Of a stretch of 10,507 bases of DNA, positions 7,582 through 10,507 are shown in pieces (the first letter of the stretch is position 1; the number at the start of each line of letters is the position of its first letter). Source of the DNA: Azolla caroliniana. Taxonomy: Eukaryota; Plantae; Polypodiophyta. The notes beneath the pieces are model-generated. The model searched no databases and was not told the origin of the DNA. It saw only the letters and a program-made list of their open reading frames with translations. A program made the position numbers and the translations under genes. The stretch lies in contig JBHGNT010001269.1 in the NCBI GenBank assembly GCA_043228905.1, positions 1-10,507 on the forward strand. The letters are read 5' to 3'.

Positions 7582-7696
7582 ATGAATCCCCTCGGATGGT
7601 GGCTTTCGTTCGTGGGCTTGGTTCGCCTCAGCTCTGTGTGGTTTGGCTTTGTGGACATCTGGGCTCTGCGGATGGCTCTCTTCTCGCAGACACTTA
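7582..7696 (+). CDS. ERG28: Ergosterol biosynthetic protein 28 (sterol C4-demethylation complex scaffold), coding exon 1 of 3
   Basis: It translates MNPLGWWLSFVGLVRLSSVWFGFVDIWALRMALFSQTL, like plant ERG28 N-termini (WL..VG..RL.SVWFGF..IWALR.A.FS). A phase-1 GT donor is at 7697. The ORF track misses this exon. Confidence 0.95.
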
Positions 7697-7713
7697 GTAA
7701 CTCATCTATCTAC

Positions 7714-7717
<4 letters not shown>

Positions 7718-7767
<50 letters not shown>
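7718..7767. repeat. (AG)n microsatellite at the start of ERG28 intron 1
   Basis: About 25 units with one interruption at 7759. Confidence 0.97.
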
Positions 7768-8572
7768 GAACGGAAATCAAATGTTGTATCAACTTGGTCT
7801 TCAAAAGGCCAACGACATGAATTGATCTTAGTTGGAATCGAAGAAGAAGTTACATCCCTGCAAATCTGATGTAATGTTTGAAAGGAAGAAAATATAGCTA
7901 GAAAAGACATTGTGCATAGAGATAGATGGATAGTCAGACTGACAGATTTTACTGTCATTATCATCATCCTTGGAAGTTCGTCCGAAATTGAGTAATGACT
8001 CTCAATGTTCAATCATTTTGTGAATAAATAGAGTATAGAAAGCGATCCTTTTACATAATAAAATCTTTGTTGCCAAGGAGAGAATCGATGCTCGAGAACT
8101 CACCGCTAAAAGATGTCATGGAAGATTTGAGAATCCCCACTGCCACTTTATTATTATTATTTATTATTATCTTTGATTGAATTAATTGAATGTTTGTCTT
8201 CCCCATTGTGCTAATGGAGGCTAACTGGAAATGTACATTAGTTTCTACGGCTTTGTTTTTTTCATGCATATGAAGTGGCTTGTTCAAAATATGTTCACCA
8301 TGGAGACTCTCAAGGAAACATTGGTAAAAAAGGGAGACAAGATTGTAGAAAACAAGGAAACATTTTCTTTTGCCACACAAGATTGTAGAAAAGTAGAGCT
8401 TTTGTTTTCTGGAGTGGTTGTGTGGCCCCCTGTGTGCTTTGCACAGCAGTGATCTGGGTATTGGACATAATGTAATACAATACCTTGTAAATCGGTGTAT
8501 TGTACATAATCTAATTCAAATGCTTTTAAGAAAAAAGACATATAGATCAATTGATTATGATGTTTCTTGCAG

Positions 8573-8779
8573 TGACTGAAATCCATGGGAGGACTTTCGG
8601 CACATGGACCCTTCTCACTTGTACACTATGCCTCTTATGTGCACAGAACCTCCACAACAAGCCTCTATATCTTGCAACGCTCTTATCATTTGTGTATGCC
8701 CTCGGTCACTTTGGAATGGAGTATCTCATTTTTCATACCATGTCAACGAAGAACGTTCTTACAGTGACATTCTTTGCTG
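8573..8779 (+). CDS. ERG28: ERG28 coding exon 2 of 3
   Basis: The acceptor is TTTCTTGCAG at 8563-8572. It translates MTEIHGRTFGTWTLLTCTLCLLCAQNLHNKPLYLATLLSFVYALGHFGMEYLIFHTMSTKNVLTVTFFA, with the hallmark RTFG.WT and HF..E motifs. The GT donor is at 8780. Confidence 0.97.
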
Positions 8780-9175
8780 GTACATACTTCCTCGAATTCT
8801 TATTTATATTCTATAACTTAGAAGGATCAGAATAAAGTAACTTACAGATAAAAAGAGTGGCACTTTGGGTTCGTATTAGGAGGAAAACCATACTAGGGAA
8901 AGTAGATTGTTAAGAGCTGAGGGTAACTACAAAGACTATTTATGAAATGTTTTGTAATAGGATTGTTTGGAACACATGGAACTCGGTCTCCCTCTACCTT
9001 GACAGAACCATTTGAATGAAAGGAGTTGACAGATAATGTAACCAATGCGTAAACTGTGGAATGTGCTGTGAAAAGATCGATTTAGCATTACGGGAATAGG
9101 TCTCTATCAGGCGAAAAATATTTTAATGCTTGTGGTGGTCAAGTGCTAACATGCATGCTCTTCATCATGTTACAG

Positions 9176-9246
9176 GTACGTCTATAATTTGGATGCTTCT
9201 ACATTGGAGAAAAGTGGGGACTGAATATGATTCTAAACAGAAATGA
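9176..9246 (+). CDS. ERG28: ERG28 coding exon 3 of 3
   Basis: A branch-point-like GCTAAC is at 9145-9150 and the acceptor is TTACAG. It translates GTSIIWMLLHWRKVGTEYDSKQK*. The exons sum to 115+207+71=393 nt, i.e. 130 aa plus stop, in frame. Confidence 0.95.
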
Positions 9247-10507
9247 TCCTTCTCATCAAGTCCAGACAATCTCTAATAATGCTCGATACAGCATGTTTTG
9301 CACACATGGGAGGTGGTTTCTGTAAGTGAAGCCATCATTCATCCTTTTTAGTTTTAGTCTTGTTTTCTCTGCTCTTCAAATCCCCAGCTAAATGTGTGTT
9401 GAAAAGTTTACCGATAAACAGAATCCCATGGCACCTTCATTTTCGGGGGGATTTAATTGCTAGATTTTAAGAAGTTTTCTATTTTTCTATCGCCAGTGTT
9501 TGGGTTAATAGTTGGATTTGTTGTTGAACTCCTACCAAACAATTTTTCAATTTAATATTAAGAAATTAGTTAGCTAATATATTAAGGGGTCTACTTTCCT
9601 ACCATATAATGCAGTTAAAAACTTTGGATGGATTTGATTTCAATCTTTATGATTTGAATCCAGCAAGAATGTCAAAATGATAATGATGTTGTTTTATTTG
9701 AGGAAACCATGATACAGTGGTGTTATTGGTGAGTTATCAGGATAAATAATCTTTACCCACCAGATGCACCTTATGTGGCATGTTGAATTTGTCGAGTACT
9801 ATGAGCTTGAATTTCTCCTATCACTCCCTATTATATACACTATATTTAATTTTGCTTTGTAAGAAACCATATCTGCACAGTTTTCTTGCATTTTGTTTGT
9901 CACATAGTAAAATTGGTAATTTGCATCATAGTTTGTATTGTGATGCTATTTGAATGATAAATATATCCATGTGAGACATCCACATGTGATGTAGAGTTCT
10001 CGCTTCCCGATCACCTTTATCCAGGCGTATCACTTGAAGGGATCACGGAAGCCGTCATGAAGCCTCAATCCTCCTCAACGAAGCTTTGTAAGACCCTTCA
10101 AGTGTCGATCTTGTACGAACTTTGGAATTTGCAAAGGTAAAGCCAAAAGCTTAGGCTTTCAAGGGTGGAAACATGCCAAAATTGTGCCAAATAGGATTCG
10201 ACCTTTTCTACCTAACTGATCGTCAGTTGTGAACACTCTATTCTTTTTCAAAAAAATTTCTCAAATAAAAGCACATTGCTTTGTGAGCTGGGGCATGGGC
10301 CTTTTGGTATATCACCATAAAAGCGGCTACCAAACTTGATCTGAACAATGAAATTATTTGGTGTGTTTGATATTATTTAAGTAAAATATTTTTGGCAAGC
10401 AAATGGCAAAGAACATAATAAAGCGTACAAGAACCAACACCAACCTCATGATTTTGAGATGAGTGTTTGTATCCGTACATCCATAACCAATCATGTCTTC
10501 TCATCTT

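Noticed and set aside
7366-8012. ORFs with ERERER or LSLSLS runs
   Set aside because: They are translations of the GA/TC microsatellites.
8051-8586. ORFs of 65-109 aa inside ERG28 intron 1
   Set aside because: AT-rich intron sequence with no recognisable domains; the poly-Asn comes from a (TTA)n tract.
8551-8835. 94-aa ORF as a standalone gene
   Set aside because: It is ERG28 exon 2 read through into the flanking introns.
9961-10140. 59-codon open frame ending at an AG/GTAAAG donor-like site
   Set aside because: It has no convincing acceptor, no partner exon and no recognisable homology.
10184-10243. Degenerate tRNA/SINE-like segment on the minus strand (GGTCGAATCC, AACTGA-CGA-TCAGTT)
   Set aside because: The B-box is imperfect and there is no A-box, tail or TSD.

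Overview
This is plant nuclear DNA, probably from a seed-free plant such as a fern or lycophyte (inferred from a Tcn1-like chromovirus and a land-plant ERG28). Bases 1-7486 are a nest of three retroelements. The host is a decayed L1-clade LINE on the minus strand (about 7486 to 1126: ORF1 with a CCHC knuckle, ORF2 with APE endonuclease, RT and the start of zf-RVT). A 5'-truncated plus-strand Ty3/gypsy chromovirus interrupts its RT (2320-3758: integrase, chromodomain, PPT, 3' LTR). A second LTR element cuts off its 3' end (LTR 707-1125, tRNA-Arg-type PBS on the minus strand) and carries a long acidic, Gln-rich ORF antisense to that PBS. An intact three-exon ERG28 gene (7582-9246, +, 130 aa) lies head-to-head with the LINE, about 95 bp away. 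The most unusual signals are the antisense ORF and split PBS of the left element, and a tRNA-like A/B-box cassette plus a nine-unit heat-shock-element array in the chromovirus LTR. None is established as a new system without database checks.
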